DNA of 64,000 bases from Eledone cirrhosa (taxonomy: Eukaryota): assembly GCA_964016885.1 (NCBI GenBank), contig OZ024743.1, positions 192,820,001 through 192,884,000 on the forward strand, in the 5' to 3' direction. Positions 31,825 to 51,700 of this stretch are shown here, in pieces; within the stretch, counting starts at the first letter, position 1; every line of letters starts with the position of its first letter. Under the pieces are notes generated by a model. The model had not been told where the DNA came from. It saw only the letters and a list, made by a program, of their open reading frames with translations, and searched no databases. The translations under genes and the position numbers were made by a program.

Positions 31825-32169
31825 CCTACCTAGCTGTCCTGTATATGCGTAACGCATTTGCACTCTCTACATGCTTGCAAATGTACTGCTAATGTCGTCG
31901 TTTTATGAGTAACTTTCTGCCTTAATGCCTCTTTAATTATTATACAATTCTCTTGTAATCTCTGTCACATCCATTCCACTCTGTAAATATGAAACTGTTG
32001 ATGACAACATTAATATCCATGTATCTATATGATTGTTCAGTTGAATAGGAAGTTAATTATATGTCCAAACTTTGCTAGTGCTCCGATGAAATCAAACGAA
32101 AGTTTGGAAGAAACGATTGTCAGCAATAAAATGTTTTGAACATAGTTTTGATTATTGTGTATTTTATAG

Positions 32170-32284
<115 letters not shown>

Positions 32285-32474
32285 CACAAGTCCGTTCTTT
32301 CATTGCTACGGTCCCCGCGGCTGAATTATCGGTCACTATCTTCAATTTGCAAAGCCCTTTAAACGGTATGTTATTACTCTAAGGTTTTATACCTTATCGA
32401 GTGCTTGGCTGCACTTCTGATTGCCTTCGTCGGCTTAGCTGCTGGTCGAGCTTCGAATATGCTGTACTTCCATT

Positions 32475-32537
<63 letters not shown>

Positions 32538-32800
32538 AATAATGATAATAATTGTAAAATAATTGAGAAGGGCCTCAAATTTCATAGTCCTTAGTGCCTC
32601 AGCAGGTGAAAGAGGACAATCCATCCAACAGGCTTCTATATAGTTTCCGTCTAGTCGGTTTCAACTATATAACTCGGGTTGACTAATGTTTATGGTAAAA
32701 ATACTTGCCTAAGATACTACGCAGATTGGATGATGGCAAAGCGAACTTTTCCACCACTCAGCCACAGACGCACTATTAATAGAAAACTACAACAACAACA

Positions 32801-32852
<52 letters not shown>

Positions 32853-33001
32853 TTAGAATTATAGCGAAGAAGTGAGAATGTGCACATACACAAGTGTTTA
32901 AGTTTATATGCTTGCTTGCATGTATGTATGTGTATGTATATATTTATGTATATCTGTATATATATATGTATGCATATATATATATACACACACACATATA
33001 G

Positions 33002-33046
<45 letters not shown>

Positions 33047-33477
33047 CATATATATATATACACACACACACATATATACACACATATATATATATACACA
33101 CATATATATATACACACACATATATATATATATACACACACATATATATATATACACACACATATATATATATATATACACATATATATACACACATATA
33201 TATATATATATACATGTATACATATATATATATGTGTGTGTGTGTGTATGCATAATGTATGTGTCTATGTATGAATGTGTTTATATATAAATGTGTGTAT
33301 GTGTGTAAGTGAAGATATTTAGCCCACCTGAATGCCACCACAACGTGCCAAACCATCCAACACACCCACACAATACCGACATTATTGCCAAAATACCAGT
33401 CGGCTATTGACGGGGCTCCTCATTTTGTTGCGTCTCTCTTTAGAAAACAACAAACAAACATTTTATCCTTTACAGCA

Positions 33478-34830
33478 AAGATGATGATAGTGGTGGTGGT
33501 GGTGGTGGTATGGTGGTGGTGGTGGTGGTGGTATGGTGGTGGTGGTGGTTGGTGGTGGTGGTGGTGGTGGGTGGTGGTGGTGGTGGTGGTGGTATTGGTG
33601 GTGGTGGTGGTGGTGGTGGTGGTGGTGGTGGTGGTGGTGGTGGTGAAGGCGGATGATGATAGTGGTGGTGGTGGTGGTATTGGTGGTGGTGGTGGTTGGT
33701 GGTGGTGGTGGTGGTGGTGGTGGTGGTGGTGGTGGTGGTGGTGGTATGGTGGTGGTGGTGGTTGGTGGTGGTGGTGGTGGTTGGTGGTGGTGGTGGTGGT
33801 GGTGGTGGTGGTGGTGAAGGCGGATGATGATGATAGTGGTGGTGGGTGGTGGTGGGTGGTGGTGGTATTGGTGGTGGTGGTGGTGGTATGGTGGTGGTGG
33901 TGGTGGTGGTGGTGGTATGGTGGTGGTGGTGGTTGGTGGTGGTGGTGGTGGTGGTGGGTGGTGGTGGTGGTGGTGGTGGTGGTGGTGAAGGCGGATGATG
34001 ATAGTGGTGGTGGTGGTGGTATTGGTGGTGGTGGTTGGTGGTGGTGGTATGGTGGTGGTGGTGGTTGGTGGTGGTGGTGGTGATGGTGGTGGTATTGGTG
34101 GTGGTGGTGGTGGTGGTGGTTGGTGGTGGTGGTGGTGGTGGTTGGTGGTGGTGGTGGTGGTGGTTGGTGGTGGTGGAGGTATTGGTGGTGGTGGTGGTGG
34201 TGGTGGTTGGTGGTGGTGGTTGTTGTTGTTGGTGGTGGTGGTGGTGGTGGTGGTGGTGGTGGTGGTGGTGGTGGTGAAGGCGGATGATGATAGTGGTGGT
34301 GGTGGTGGTGGTGGTGATTGCAGTGATGATGATGATGATGATGATGGTGAAAGTGGTGGTGGTAATGGTGGTTGTGATAATGATGATGATGATGATGATG
34401 ATGGTGGTGGTTGTGGTAGTTTGGTGTTGATGGTGGTGATGATGATGATGGTGGTGATGTTGATGGTAGTGGTGAGTGTTAGTGATGATGTTTGTGGAGG
34501 TGGTCTTATGGTGGTGGTGGCGATGATGGTGGGGATGATGATGGTGATGTTGGTGATTGCCGTGATGATGATGAAGGAGGTGGTGGAGGTAATGGTGGTT
34601 GTGGTTGTGATGATCATGATGATGGTGGTGGTGGTGGTGATGTTGATGATGATGGTGTTGATGTTGATGGTAGTGGTGAGTGTTAGTGGAGGTGGTGGCG
34701 AGGGTGATGGCGATGTTGAAGATGGTGGTTGTGGTAGTGGTTAGTAATGATGGTAGTCGTGATGGTGATGGCGGTGGTGACGGTGGTGGTGGTGGAACCT
34801 CTGCTGGTGATGGTGATGATGATGTTTGTT
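33478..34830. repeat. (GGT)n/(GAT)n compound repeat with higher-order units
   Basis: Marker gaaggcggatgatgat recurs at ~33645, 33815, 33987 and 34276. Confidence 0.93.
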
Positions 34831-34925
34831 GTTATTGCCGCAATTATATTATCATTGTTTTTTTTCACATATGCTTCTATTATTTCGTTATTTTTAAGTG
34901 CGTTTGTGTGAGTGTGTGTACAATG

Positions 34926-38290
<3,365 letters not shown>

Positions 38291-38461
38291 AGAGAGAGAT
38301 AGATAAATATACACGGGTGTGTATGATTGTGTATAGAAGATTATATTAATAAGAGGAATTCCAACTTTGTCTGATTTACTCGTTTTATTTACAATCCTTT
38401 AAAATTTATAATGGTATTATAATGAAATAGTATGATAGAATATTAAATTCTAAGTGTTAAT

Positions 38462-38500
38462 TGAACAAGTACTTTCATGCTTTTGCAATCTTCAGGTTCA
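38462..38500 (-). ncRNA. Minimal type I hammerhead in a ~240-bp PLE terminal-repeat copy (38300-38537)
   Basis: Minus: tgaac-CTGAAGA-t tgc aaaa gca t-GAAA-gtac-tt-gttca; the segment is the reverse complement of ~58430-58675. Confidence 0.8.
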
Positions 38501-38536
38501 TAATATGTGGTGACAGTCAAGTTTGCAATTTTCAAC

Positions 38537-38650
<114 letters not shown>

Positions 38651-38847
38651 CATATACATATATATACAATATACATATATATATATATATATACATATAT
38701 ATATACATATACATATATATATACATATACATATATATATATACATATACATATACATATATATATATATATACTTCTACCTTGAGTTGCTACCGATAGA
38801 TAGTATTAGCAATTAGAAAGACCAAACCGATTTGACGAAAGTCGATC

Positions 38848-38907
<60 letters not shown>

Positions 38908-40124
38908 ATGCGCAAATTTATAAAAGGTATTAAAAACGCGACTGTGTTTCAGTTTTATCTTTTTTTTATTTTTTAACTGAGATTCTTTTTTTCATAGTTG
39001 CTCACGACTCTCTTTTAGTTTGTTTGAAACAATAACGTTCCTAAATCCACCATCAACGTTTCTAGACTTTCACAGACTCATCATCATTTCTGTACATCCT
39101 ATAAAAACGACAAACATCCATACTTTCGTATTTCTAATTTTAAAAAACGATTCATTCAATGTATTTTAAAAATATTACTTTAATATCACATGGAATAAAA
39201 TGGTGGTATATTGTTTTCATAGACTGAAATTGTTTCGTCAATCAACCAATGAATTGACATGTATTCAGTAGTCGCCTTTCTCAGATGACATGTATTTAGT
39301 AGTCACCTTTCTCAGATCACGTATTGTTCGCTTCTTTCTGCGCATCTACCCTGTTATCCTCCGGGGTAACCGTTTTTTCAATTCTGTTCGTTGGGACCAT
39401 GACGCAACACCCATATGTGGTTTTGTACTTCAGAGAGGCAGAATGAGCGAATGAAAGAACGTGACAAACTTTCACTGGTTGATTCCGGCTGTTACCATTA
39501 AGCCACTACATACATACATGATGGCTGCTACTCGATTTCGAGTAATGCCATCGTTTGCTACTTAACCGTGAACATCGCGGACTAGCATTTTAGTCCAGAT
39601 AGCGACTTTCCTACGGCCAGCAATACCATGCATCGCAAAAAATGTCACATATCAAGCTATGCCTGTGCTTGAAGCTTTTTTTTAAATAAGGAAAGGCTTT
39701 TCACGGGGCCAATCCCACTCTTTGAACATCGAATGCATTTGGCCCAAAAAGTAGAAATGGTCTACATCACTGGATGCAGACGAAGTCGCAGGTTTTATAT
39801 CAGAGTGACCTTCTCCTAGAGAGATGTCTTAATGAAGACAAGGAGTCTCTCGCTCAACATACATACATACATACATACATACATACATACATACATACAT
39901 ACATACATACATACATACATACATACATACATACATAGAATCCAAGAAGACACGAAAATACTTGTGAAAATCCAAGTGTGTTGAAATGTGATTGAGTAAT
40001 ATATTATCTGTGCACACTTCTACGCACTGTGAACTATATATATATGTGCATATGTGTTTATATAAAGACATTTTTTCCAATTCCAACCCGTCCGTCCCCT
40101 CAATCTTTCTTATTTCTCATTCTT

Positions 40125-40160
40125 TCTTCTGATGAAGGAATTACGTCCGAAACCTTAAGA
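40125..40160 (+). ncRNA. Degenerate minimal hammerhead
   Basis: tctt-CTGATGA-a gga attacg tcc-GAAA-cctt-aaga; stem III mismatched. Confidence 0.45.
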
Positions 40161-40264
40161 CCCTCTTCCTACTATTTCAAGCATTAACCTAATATATCCC
40201 TTCCATATACTGTACCGATTGTGTTATTATTTCTATTTACCTTTACCTTTTACATACATATATA

Positions 40265-40395
<131 letters not shown>

Positions 40396-40984
40396 TAACA
40401 AAGATCGTTGATATTAACTCAACGGTCCCTGGCCAAGATATGTCGACTCAATAAATCTGCCAAGTTGCAACCAGTGGTTCAAAGTGCGCACATTTTAGTT
40501 AATAGCTGGTACGATGCCTGTGTTTTAATAGAGATAAAGTTTTATATATATATATATACACAAAATTAAGATAAATCAAAATGAATTTAATCTAAATCAA
40601 AATTATGGGTGTCATGCCAGAAAGGCATGCGCCATATCACCCGTAAAATAAGCTCCAAGATTCTAATGAATGATTAATCATATTATAAGGTATCTATTTT
40701 TGAAGTTCTAGTTAACTTTATTTAGTTACCTACCTAGCTATGTGTGCTTACACACTTGTAAAAATTATCCCCCGTGATTGTTTCATATGTTTATTTATAT
40801 GTTAATCAATTTCTAGTTGTTATATATATATATATCTTCTTTTTCTTCGTTTTTCTTTCTTTCTTTCTTTCTTTCTTTCTTTTTACAACTGTCCATAATA
40901 TTTTTACTACCAAATCAACTTTCAAATGCAAGTCGATGTTGAAAGGTATGTCGAATCTATCTATTTATAAGACTGTTTATATTG

Positions 40985-41050
40985 TATTTTGTCTGAAGAA
41001 GGCATAACATATTTTTAATATGATATGCCTGAAATATATATAATGAAATA
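40985..41050 (+). ncRNA. Type I hammerhead ribozyme
   Basis: tattttgt-CTGAAGA-aggcata...tatgcct-GAAA-tatatata-atgaaata; downstream flank related to the reverse complement of 62437-62555. Confidence 0.82.
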
Positions 41051-41177
41051 AATATGGTTTTATAAATATAATTTCCATTTATTTAATATCGTAAATATAC
41101 TCCAAATACTTGTTGAGTGCTTTTATATCAGTTATAAATATTTACTCGTTGTAACCCAACAATTTAAATATAACTTT

Positions 41178-41267
<90 letters not shown>

Positions 41268-41350
41268 CGAAGGCGAAGGAAGTGTGGCAAGGAACCATGT
41301 GGATCGTTTCGACGGCTTGAGCTCTGCCGTCGGGGTCTTGTACAATTTCC

Positions 41351-41417
<67 letters not shown>

Positions 41418-41866
41418 ACATGCGTGCTCGTGTGTGTGTATATAAAATCGTATAAATATATATATAGCTAATCGTTGCAATGGATTTCGCCAGCAGATTC
41501 AATTGAGGTATAAGAATTAGATATATGTTTAACTGTAACATAATACCTCAGTTCCAAATCAAGAGTGTCAACATAACTTACATAGCCATAGTTTCGTGTT
41601 TGAAAGTTTGAAAGGTTAAGAGAAAGACAATGAATTCAGAAGTTTATAATTTCGGTGTCATGTTACACTTGGAGACAAAGTTTCAGCTTTAGAAGTGTAT
41701 ACTATATACACAGGGTATATAGTATTTATAATTAATATTTTAATCGTGAAAAATTATATCTTTGTGAATACCGATTTCAAACGGTATTACGTATCATATT
41801 TATATTAAACATCATACACAAACACACACATACACACACATACTCACACACTCACACACACATACA

Positions 41867-41899
<33 letters not shown>

Positions 41900-41932
41900 T
41901 CTTTCTCTCTCTCTCTCACACACACACATACA

Positions 41933-42420
41933 CAGGGCAGAATTTAATGGGGGCACAAAGGATCAATTGCCCCGGGCTCCCTGCAGTAGGGAGTAAGCAC
42001 CAGCGACAGCCGTAGCAATTTATTTGTGCCCTCAACTGGGCTTTTTAGTTTTAGGATGGTTAGAACTTTTGAATTTTATACCTGTATTAACCCTTTAGCA
42101 TTTACATTACTCTATATATACTATTGTGTTTTTGTGGTAAAAGTTTTACCTCACATAATATCAAATCTATGAGATTTTGATATGTCTTTTGAGAATAATA
42201 CCTTAACATCAGTATGAGTGGCCAGTTACAGCCAGTTTGAACAGAAAAAGGTGAGATCATTCTGGCCGGATTTGGCCTGTTTGAATGCTAAAGAGTTAAA
42301 TGACTTGCGCCAAGCTAACTTTGATATGTAAAATTAGTGTGTGGGAGAGGGGGAGGCTGTGTATTCTATTTTTTTGTGTATGAGGGTCACCGGGTCCCCC
42401 AAGGTTTAAATCCAACCCTG
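41933..42420. mobile_element. hAT-type MITE with perfect 8-bp TSD
   Basis: TIRs cagggcagaattta / taaatccaaccctg; TSD CACATACA at 41925-41932 and 42421-42428. Confidence 0.75.
42091..42295. mobile_element. piggyBac-type MITE nested in the hAT MITE
   Basis: TTAA-ccctttagcatt...aatgctaaagag-TTAA. Confidence 0.78.
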
Positions 42421-42980
42421 CACATACACGCACTAACGCGATGCACACACACATACACTGACGCACACGCACACACTCACACACACTGTGACCTTCAAGA
42501 GTTTTTAATTGATCATATTGACTCCTGAGTTTATTTCAGCCTGATACTTAATTTACTAATCTACACCAATTGAATGGTTAGGGGGTTATTTGAGGACTCA
42601 ATACCGGTACAGAGAAACACGAAACAGACACAGGCACATATAGATAATACGATGAGTCTCCACACTGTCTCCATGAAACTCTACTCATAACATATTGGTC
42701 AACTCAAGAGCAGTGTAGCACAGGAGTTTATGAGTGAATGTGTCAATATCCCCCCCCCCCACACACACACACACAAGACGTCAATGGGATTAGCCATGGA
42801 GTCGAGTGTTCTTTATTTACTTCTTGTTGTTTTGTTAGTTTGTTTTTTGTCAAAACATGACATTTGTATTAGACAGACCCGTCAACTCTACCCCGTCCGA
42901 CGGAGAGATCTCTCACCCACCCTAGGGTGGGTGAGAGCTGTCTTCTCTTGTGAAAATGGATATAGCTTTCATTATGTAAT

Positions 42981-43162
42981 ATTGGCAGTATCGGTAGAGG
43001 GTCGGACGCCATGCTTTGCAGCATAGTTACGTCCCTTTACGGACTGAGTTCAAATCCCGCCGAGGTTAACTTTGCCTTTCAGCCTTACGGGGTCGATAAA
43101 ATAAAGTACCAGTAATACATTGGGATAATTGCTGGCCTTGTGCCAAAAGTAGAAACAATTAT
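42981..43162 (+). mobile_element. tRNA-derived SINE (Meta-like core)
   Basis: Head, B box, core and tail as in other copies. Confidence 0.8.
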
Positions 43163-44839
43163 GTAATATCTCCTCCATTTTACCTCATTTCTCTCCGTTT
43201 TGGGCACTTTTGTTCATGGTACTCCCCCGTTTGGGTTTTTAGAGGTTGGCAGGTCTGACGATGGGTCTCCACACTGTCCCTTGTCCATGAATTTCTACTC
43301 ATAACGTTTTAGTCAACTCGAGAGTAGGGTAGCACAGGGATTTATAAATGGGTCAATATCGAACTCCAGTGGTCAATGGTTCTAGCCATATGGTCGGGGT
43401 TTTTTGTAGGGTTGTTGTTGTTTTTTTTGTTTTCAAAACCTGACATTTGTATTAGAAATGAAAATATGTTTCGTGAAAACACACTCACGCATCTATGAAC
43501 TAAATTATAAAATTGACATCTATAACAATAACATCAACAATAATGACTTGTCTATACAGATTTATATATAATTTGTTTTTATTATCTATTTATTTTATAT
43601 TCTGTTTACTGGTTTATTTATTTACTTTTTATATTCTTTTACATGCCTGTCGGTGATAAGGGGGTTAAAGATTTCATGAAAGAGACGTTGGACTAAAAAG
43701 ATTGTGGATCCCGGAAGTAGATGTTTGCTCAAGTTACCTCGTAATAAGACTGAATCAGATAAAAAAAACTTTTTAATTCTTTCAACACACATATATCCGA
43801 GTAGAAATAGTTTTTAGTGGTAAATAGACACAATAAACGTTAAGAGTATCAAGTTCTTAGCTTTGCTATTCTGATGTCATGAAGCTACTAAATATTTTAT
43901 TACTTATATAATAACATAATAAACATGATCTTACTCATTCTGCTGTCTATTTGGCTACTGAGTAACAAGGAAGAAATTTGGTACGATTATAGTACAAGAA
44001 ATAGTTTGTGTGATTTGCTAATGATGTAACAATATGCTTTCAGATATGTATGTAGGTGGAAATGAATGTTAAGAAATAGATGGAACGTTTTGAAAGATCG
44101 ATGACAACAGTACGACACACAGCTTGCATGTTTGTGCATGGCTATGTATGGTACAGAGATAAGCTCTTCGTTTTTTCAAGAGTTGTTTGATTAACATTTG
44201 AAATACAGAGAGCCTCACATCTTACGTGGTCTTAAATAGTGTGGTTTTCAACATACGCGGTCGGATTTTTTTTTTAATGTTAAATAAAAGCTATGAACTT
44301 TTAACTTATCGTTCCACATGAAACCGCGTAAGAGAGAGAAAAACTGTAACCCTACCATTAACATTTTTTTTTTTTTTTAGTTTTCTCAGCCGCTATATAC
44401 ACAACCATACCATACATAGATTAACGCTGGGCCTCTAGAACTGGTAAGATCTCGGCCAATTACCCTGCGTTCCCGTACCTTAAGACGGCACTGGCCTCCA
44501 GATAAGCTGAAGTTACATCTCCAAAACATTGATGTACATAAACACTTTTATATAATGGTCTTAAACATACACCATTTTTAAATAACAAAGACAGTAGTGA
44601 ACGCGTAAAATGTAGGCTTACTTTATGTAATTCATATTGGTTGTTCTAAATAACTTCTTAAGTACAAACGAATATTTTATCGTGATTAAAAAAAAGAGGT
44701 AAAAAGAGACGTTAATATTAAGAAAACATTTGATTTATGGCAACATTTTAATAATATTCGGGTATGTTTCTAAAATAGGTGTATGTTTACAATAAGGGTT
44801 TTAGGTTCACAATGATTATGATTATCATTATTACACAAC

Positions 44840-45475
44840 CAAAGGCGGTGGATTGGCAGAGTCATGTGAGCGTCAGACCACATGCTTTGCAGCATCTAGT
44901 TACATCCCTTAACATTCTGAGTTCAAATCTCGCCAAGGTTAGCTGTGCCTTTCATTCTTAAGGGGTCGATAAAATAAAGTACCAATCGACTTTCCCCACC
45001 ACAAAAATGGTTGGCCTTCTGCCTAAATCAGAAACCATTATTACATACACAAGGGCGGTGGATTGCAATATCGGTAGAGCGTCGAACAAAATGCTTTTGC
45101 AGTATTTAGTTACGACTTTCTACCGTCTAAGTTCATGCCACACCGAAGTTAACTTTGCCTTTCGCTCTTCGCAGTCGATAAAATAAAGTACCAATTAAGT
45201 ACTGGAGTCTATAATCGATTTCCCCTTCCTCCAAATTGCTGGTCTAATGCCTATGTTAGAAAGAATTATCACATAAGCAAAGTCAGACGCCATACTTTGC
45301 AGCATAGAGTTATAGCGCTTTACGATCTGAGTTCAAATCCCGCCGAGGTTAACTTTGCCTTTCATCCTTACAGGGTCGATAAAATGCAGCACCAGTAATG
45401 CACTGGGGTCGATGTAATTGACTTTCCTCTCTCCCAAAACTGCTGGCCTTGTGCCTAAATCAGAAACCATTATTA
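44840..45475 (+). mobile_element. Three head-to-tail SINE copies
   Basis: Three cores; two copies end cctaaatcagaaaccattattacatac. Confidence 0.8.
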
Positions 45476-45789
45476 CATACGCAAATACGAGCGCCTTAGT
45501 GTGGACATTCACTGTACCTACTAGAAATAGCAGCGAAATCTTCCTATCGTCTTAGATAAAAAGAAAAGCAATTATTGGGATAATTACTATGAGTTAAAAA
45601 AAAGTGTTTGATCTTTGCCTCATCCATGTTGATCGGATGGAAAACAACCACAACAATAATAACAATGGCAACATCGACATTGCCACCACTACCGCCAACA
45701 ACAACAAAAACCACAACGTCAACAACAAATAACAAAAAAAAACCCAACAGCAGCATCAACAATAACAATAGCAAGCAACAGCGATATAA

Positions 45790-48700
45790 CACTACCACCA
45801 CCACCACCACCACCACCACAAACAACAATGACAACCAACAACAACAACACTACCATCACCACACCACCACAACCAACAACAACAACACTACCATCACCAC
45901 CATCACCACAAACAGCAACGACAACCAACAACAACAACACTACCATCACCACCATCACCACAAACAACAACGACAACCAACAACAACAACACTACCATCA
46001 CCACACCACCACAACCAACAACAACAACACTACCATCACCACCATCACCACAAACAGCAACGACAACCAACAACAACAACACTACCATCACCACCATCAC
46101 CACAAACAACAACGACAACCAACAACAACACTACCATCACCACCACCACCACGAACAACAACAACAACACTACCATCACCACCACCACCACAACCAACAA
46201 CAACAACACTACCATCACCACCATCACCACAGACAACAACGACAACCAACAACAACACTACCATCACCACCATCACCACAGACAACAACGACAACCAACA
46301 ACAACACTACCATCACCACCATCACCACAAACAACGACAACAACACTACCATCACCACCATCATCACAAACAACAACGACAACCAACAACAACAACACTA
46401 CCATCACCACCATCACCACAAACAACAACGACAACCAACAACAACAACACTACCATCACCACCATCACCACAAACAACAACGACAACCAACAACAACAAT
46501 ACTACCATCACCATCATCACCACAAACAACAACGACAACCAACAACAACACTATCACCACCACCACCACCACAAACAACAACAACAACCAACAACAACAA
46601 CACTACCATCACCACCATCACCACAAACAACAACAACACTACCATCACCACCACCACCACAAACAACAACAACAACCAACAACAACAACACTACCATCAC
46701 CACCATCACCACAAACAACAACAACACTACCATCACCACCATCACCACAAACAACAACGACAACCAACAACAACACTACCATCACCACCACCACCACAAA
46801 CAACAACAACAACACTACCATCACCACCACCACCACAACCAACAACAACAACACTACCATCACCACCATCACCACAAACAACAACGACAACCAACAACAA
46901 CACTACCATCACCACCACCACCACAAACAACAACAACAACACTACCATCACCACCACCACCACAACCAACAACAACAACACTACCATCACCACCACCACC
47001 ACAAACAACAACAACAACACTACCATCACCACCACCACCACAACCAACAACAACAACACTACCATCACCACCATCACCACAAACAACAACGACAACCAAC
47101 AACAACACTACCATCACCACCACCACCACAAACAACAACAACAACACTACCATCACCACACCACCACAAACAACAACGACAACCAACAACAACAACACTA
47201 CCATCACCACCACCACCACAAACAACAACAACAACACTACCATCACCACCACCACCACAACCAACAACAACAACACTACCATCACCACCATCACCACAAA
47301 CAACAACGACAACCAACAACAACATTACCATCACCACCACCACCACGAACAACAACAACAACACTACCATCACCACCACCACCACAACCAACAACAACAA
47401 CACTACCATCACCACCATCATCACAAACAACAACGACAACCAACAACAACAACACTACCATCACCACCACCACCACAAACAACAACGACAACCAACAACA
47501 ACAACACTACCATCACCATCATCACCACAAACAACAACGACAACCAACAACAGCACTATCACCACCACCACCACCACAAACAACAACAACAACCAACAAC
47601 AACAACACTACCATCACCACCATCACCACAAACAACAACAACAACACTACCATCACCACCATCACCACAAACAGCAACGACAACCAACAACAACACTACC
47701 ATCACCACCACCACCACAAACAACAACAACAACACTACCATCACCACCACCACCACAAACAACAACGACAACCAACAACAACAACACTACCATCACCACC
47801 ATCACCACAAACAACAACGACAACCAACAACAACAACACTACCATCACCACCACCACCACAAACAACAACAACAACACTACCATCACCACACCACCACAA
47901 ACAACAACGACAACCAACAACAACAACACTACCATCACCACCATCACCACAAACAACAACGACAACCAACAACAACACTACCATCACCACCACCACCACG
48001 AACAACAACAACAACACTACCATCACCACCACCACCACAACCAACAACAACAACACTACCATCACCACCATCACCACCATCACCACAAACAACAACAACA
48101 ACACTACCATCACCACCGTCATCACAAACAACAACGACAACCAACAACACTACCATCACCACCACCACCACAAACAACAACGACAACCAACAACAACAAC
48201 ACTACCATCACCATCATCACCACAAACAACAACGACAACCAACAACAACAACACTACCATCACCACCATCACCACAAACAACAACGACAACCAACAACAC
48301 TACCATCACCACCACCACCACAAACAACAACGACAACCAACAACAACAACACTACCATCACCACCATCACCACAAACAACAACGACAACCAACAACAACA
48401 ACACTACCATCACCACCATCACCACAAACAACAACGACAACCAACAACACTACCATCACCACCACCACCACAAACAACAACGACAACCAACAACAACAAC
48501 ACTACCATCACCACACCACCACAAACAACAACGACAACCAACAACAACACTACCATCACCACCACCACCACAAACAACAACGACAACCAACAACAACAAC
48601 ACTACCATCACCACACCAGCACAAACAACAACGACAACCAACAACAACACTACCATCACCACCACCACCACAAACAACAACGACAACCAACAACAACAAC

Positions 48701-51700
48701 ACTACCATCACCACACCACCACAAACAACAACGACAACCAACAACAACACTACCATCACCACCACCACCACAAACAACAACGACAACCAACAACAACAAC
48801 ACTACCATCACCACACCACCACAAACAACAACGACAACCAACAACAACACTACCATCACCACCACCACCACAAACAACAACGACAACCAACAACAACAAC
48901 ACTACCATCACCACACCACCACAAACAACAACGACAACCAACAACAACAACACTACCATCACCACCACCACCACAAACAACAACGACAACCAACAACAAC
49001 ACTACCATCACCACCACCACCACAAACAACAACAACCAACAACAACCAACAACAACAACACTACCATCACCACCACCACCAACAACAACGACAACCAACA
49101 ACAACAACACTACCATCACCACCATCACCACAAACAACAACAACCAACAACAACAACACTACCATCACCACCACCACCAACAACAACGACAACCAACAAC
49201 AACAACACTACCATCACCACCATCACCACAAACAACAACGACAACCAACAACAACACTACCATCACCACACCACCACAAACAACAACGACAACCAACAAC
49301 AACAACACTACCATCACCACCACCACCAACAACAACGACAACCAACAACAACAACACTACCATCACCACCATCACTACAAACAACAACGACAACCAACAA
49401 CAACACTACCATCACCACCACCACCACAAACAACAACAACCAACAACAACAACACTACCATCACCACCACCACCAACAACAACGACAACCAACAACAACA
49501 ACACTACCATCACCACACCACCACAAACAACAACGACAACCAACAACAACAACACTACCATCACCACACCACCACAAACAACAACGACAACCAACAACAA
49601 CAACACTACCATCACCACCACCACCACAAACAACGACAACCAACAACAACACTACCATAACCACCATCACCACAAACAACGACGACAACCAACAAAAACA
49701 ACACTACCATCACCACCACCACCACCACCACAAACAACAACGACAACCAACAACAACAACACTACCATCACCACCACCACCACAAACAACGACAACCAAC
49801 AACAACACTACCATCACCACCACCACCACAAACAACAACGACAACCAACAACAACAACACTACCATCACCACACCACCACAAACAACAACGACAACCAAC
49901 AACAACACTACCATCACCACCACCACCACAAACAACGACAACCAACAACAACACTACCATCACCACCACCACCACAAACAACAACGACAACCAACAACAA
50001 CAACACTACCATCACCACACCACCACAAACAACAACGACAACCAACAACAACAACACTACCATCACCACCACCACCACAAACAACGACAACCAACAACAA
50101 CACTACCATCACCACCACCACCACAAACAACAACGACAACCAACAACAACAACACTACCATCACCACACCACCACAAACAACAACGACAACCAACAACAA
50201 CACTACCATCACCACCACCACCACAAACAACGACAACCAACAACAACACTACCATCACCACCACCACCACAAACAACAACGACAACCAACAACAACAACA
50301 CTACCATCACCACACCACCACAAACAACAACGACAACCAACAACAACAACACTACCATCACCACCATCACCACAAACAACAACGACAACCAACAACAACA
50401 CTACCATCACCACCATCACCACAAACAACGACGACAACCAACAAAAACAACACTACCATCACCACCACCACCACCACCACAAACAACAACGACAACCAAC
50501 AACAACAACACTACCATCACCACCACCACCACAAACAACGACAACCAACAACAACACTACCATCACCACCACCACCACAAACAACGACAACCAACAACAA
50601 GAACACTACCATCACCACACCACCACAAACAACAACAACCAACAACAACAACACTACCATCACCACACCACCACAAACAACAACAACAACCAACAACAAC
50701 AACACTACCATCACCACCATCACCACAAACAACAACGACAACCAACAACAACAACACTACCATCACCACCATCACCACAAACAACAACGACAACCAACAA
50801 CAACAACAACACTACCATCACCACACCACCACAAACAACAACGACAACCAACAACAACAACACTACCATCACCACCATCACCACAAACAACAACGACAAC
50901 CAACAACAACAACACTACCATCACCACCATCACCACAAACAACAACGACAACCAACAACAACAACACTACCATCACCACCATCACCACAAACAACAACAA
51001 CCAACAACAACAACACTACCATCACCACCACCACCAACAACAACGACAACCAACAACAACAACACTACCATCACCACCATCACCACAAACAACAACGACA
51101 ACCAACAACAACACTACCATCACCACCATCACCACAAACAACAACGACAACCAACAACAACAACACTACCATCACCACCATCACCACAAACAACAACGAC
51201 AACCAACAACAACAACACTACCATCACCACCACCACCAACAACAACGACAACCAACAACAACAACACTACCATCACCACCACCACCACAAACAACAACGA
51301 CAACCAACAACAACAACACTACCATCACCACCATCACCACAAACAACAACGACAAACAACAACAACAACACTACCATCACCACCACCACCACAAACAACA
51401 ACAACAACACTACCATCACCACCATCACCACAAACAACAACGACAAACAACAACAACAACACTACCATCACCACCACCACCAACAACAACGACAACCAAC
51501 AACAACAACACTACCATCACCACCACCACCACAAACAACAACGACAACCAACAACAACAACACTACCATCACCACCATCACCACAAACAACAACGACAAA
51601 CAACAACAACAACACTACCATCACCACCATCACCACAAACAACAACGACAAACAACAACAACAACACTACCATCACCACCACCACCACAAACAACAACGA

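Noticed and set aside
38905-39130. Minus-strand MYRNDD...VAFL resembling PLE RT
   Set aside because: Too many stops and frameshifts to support by eye.
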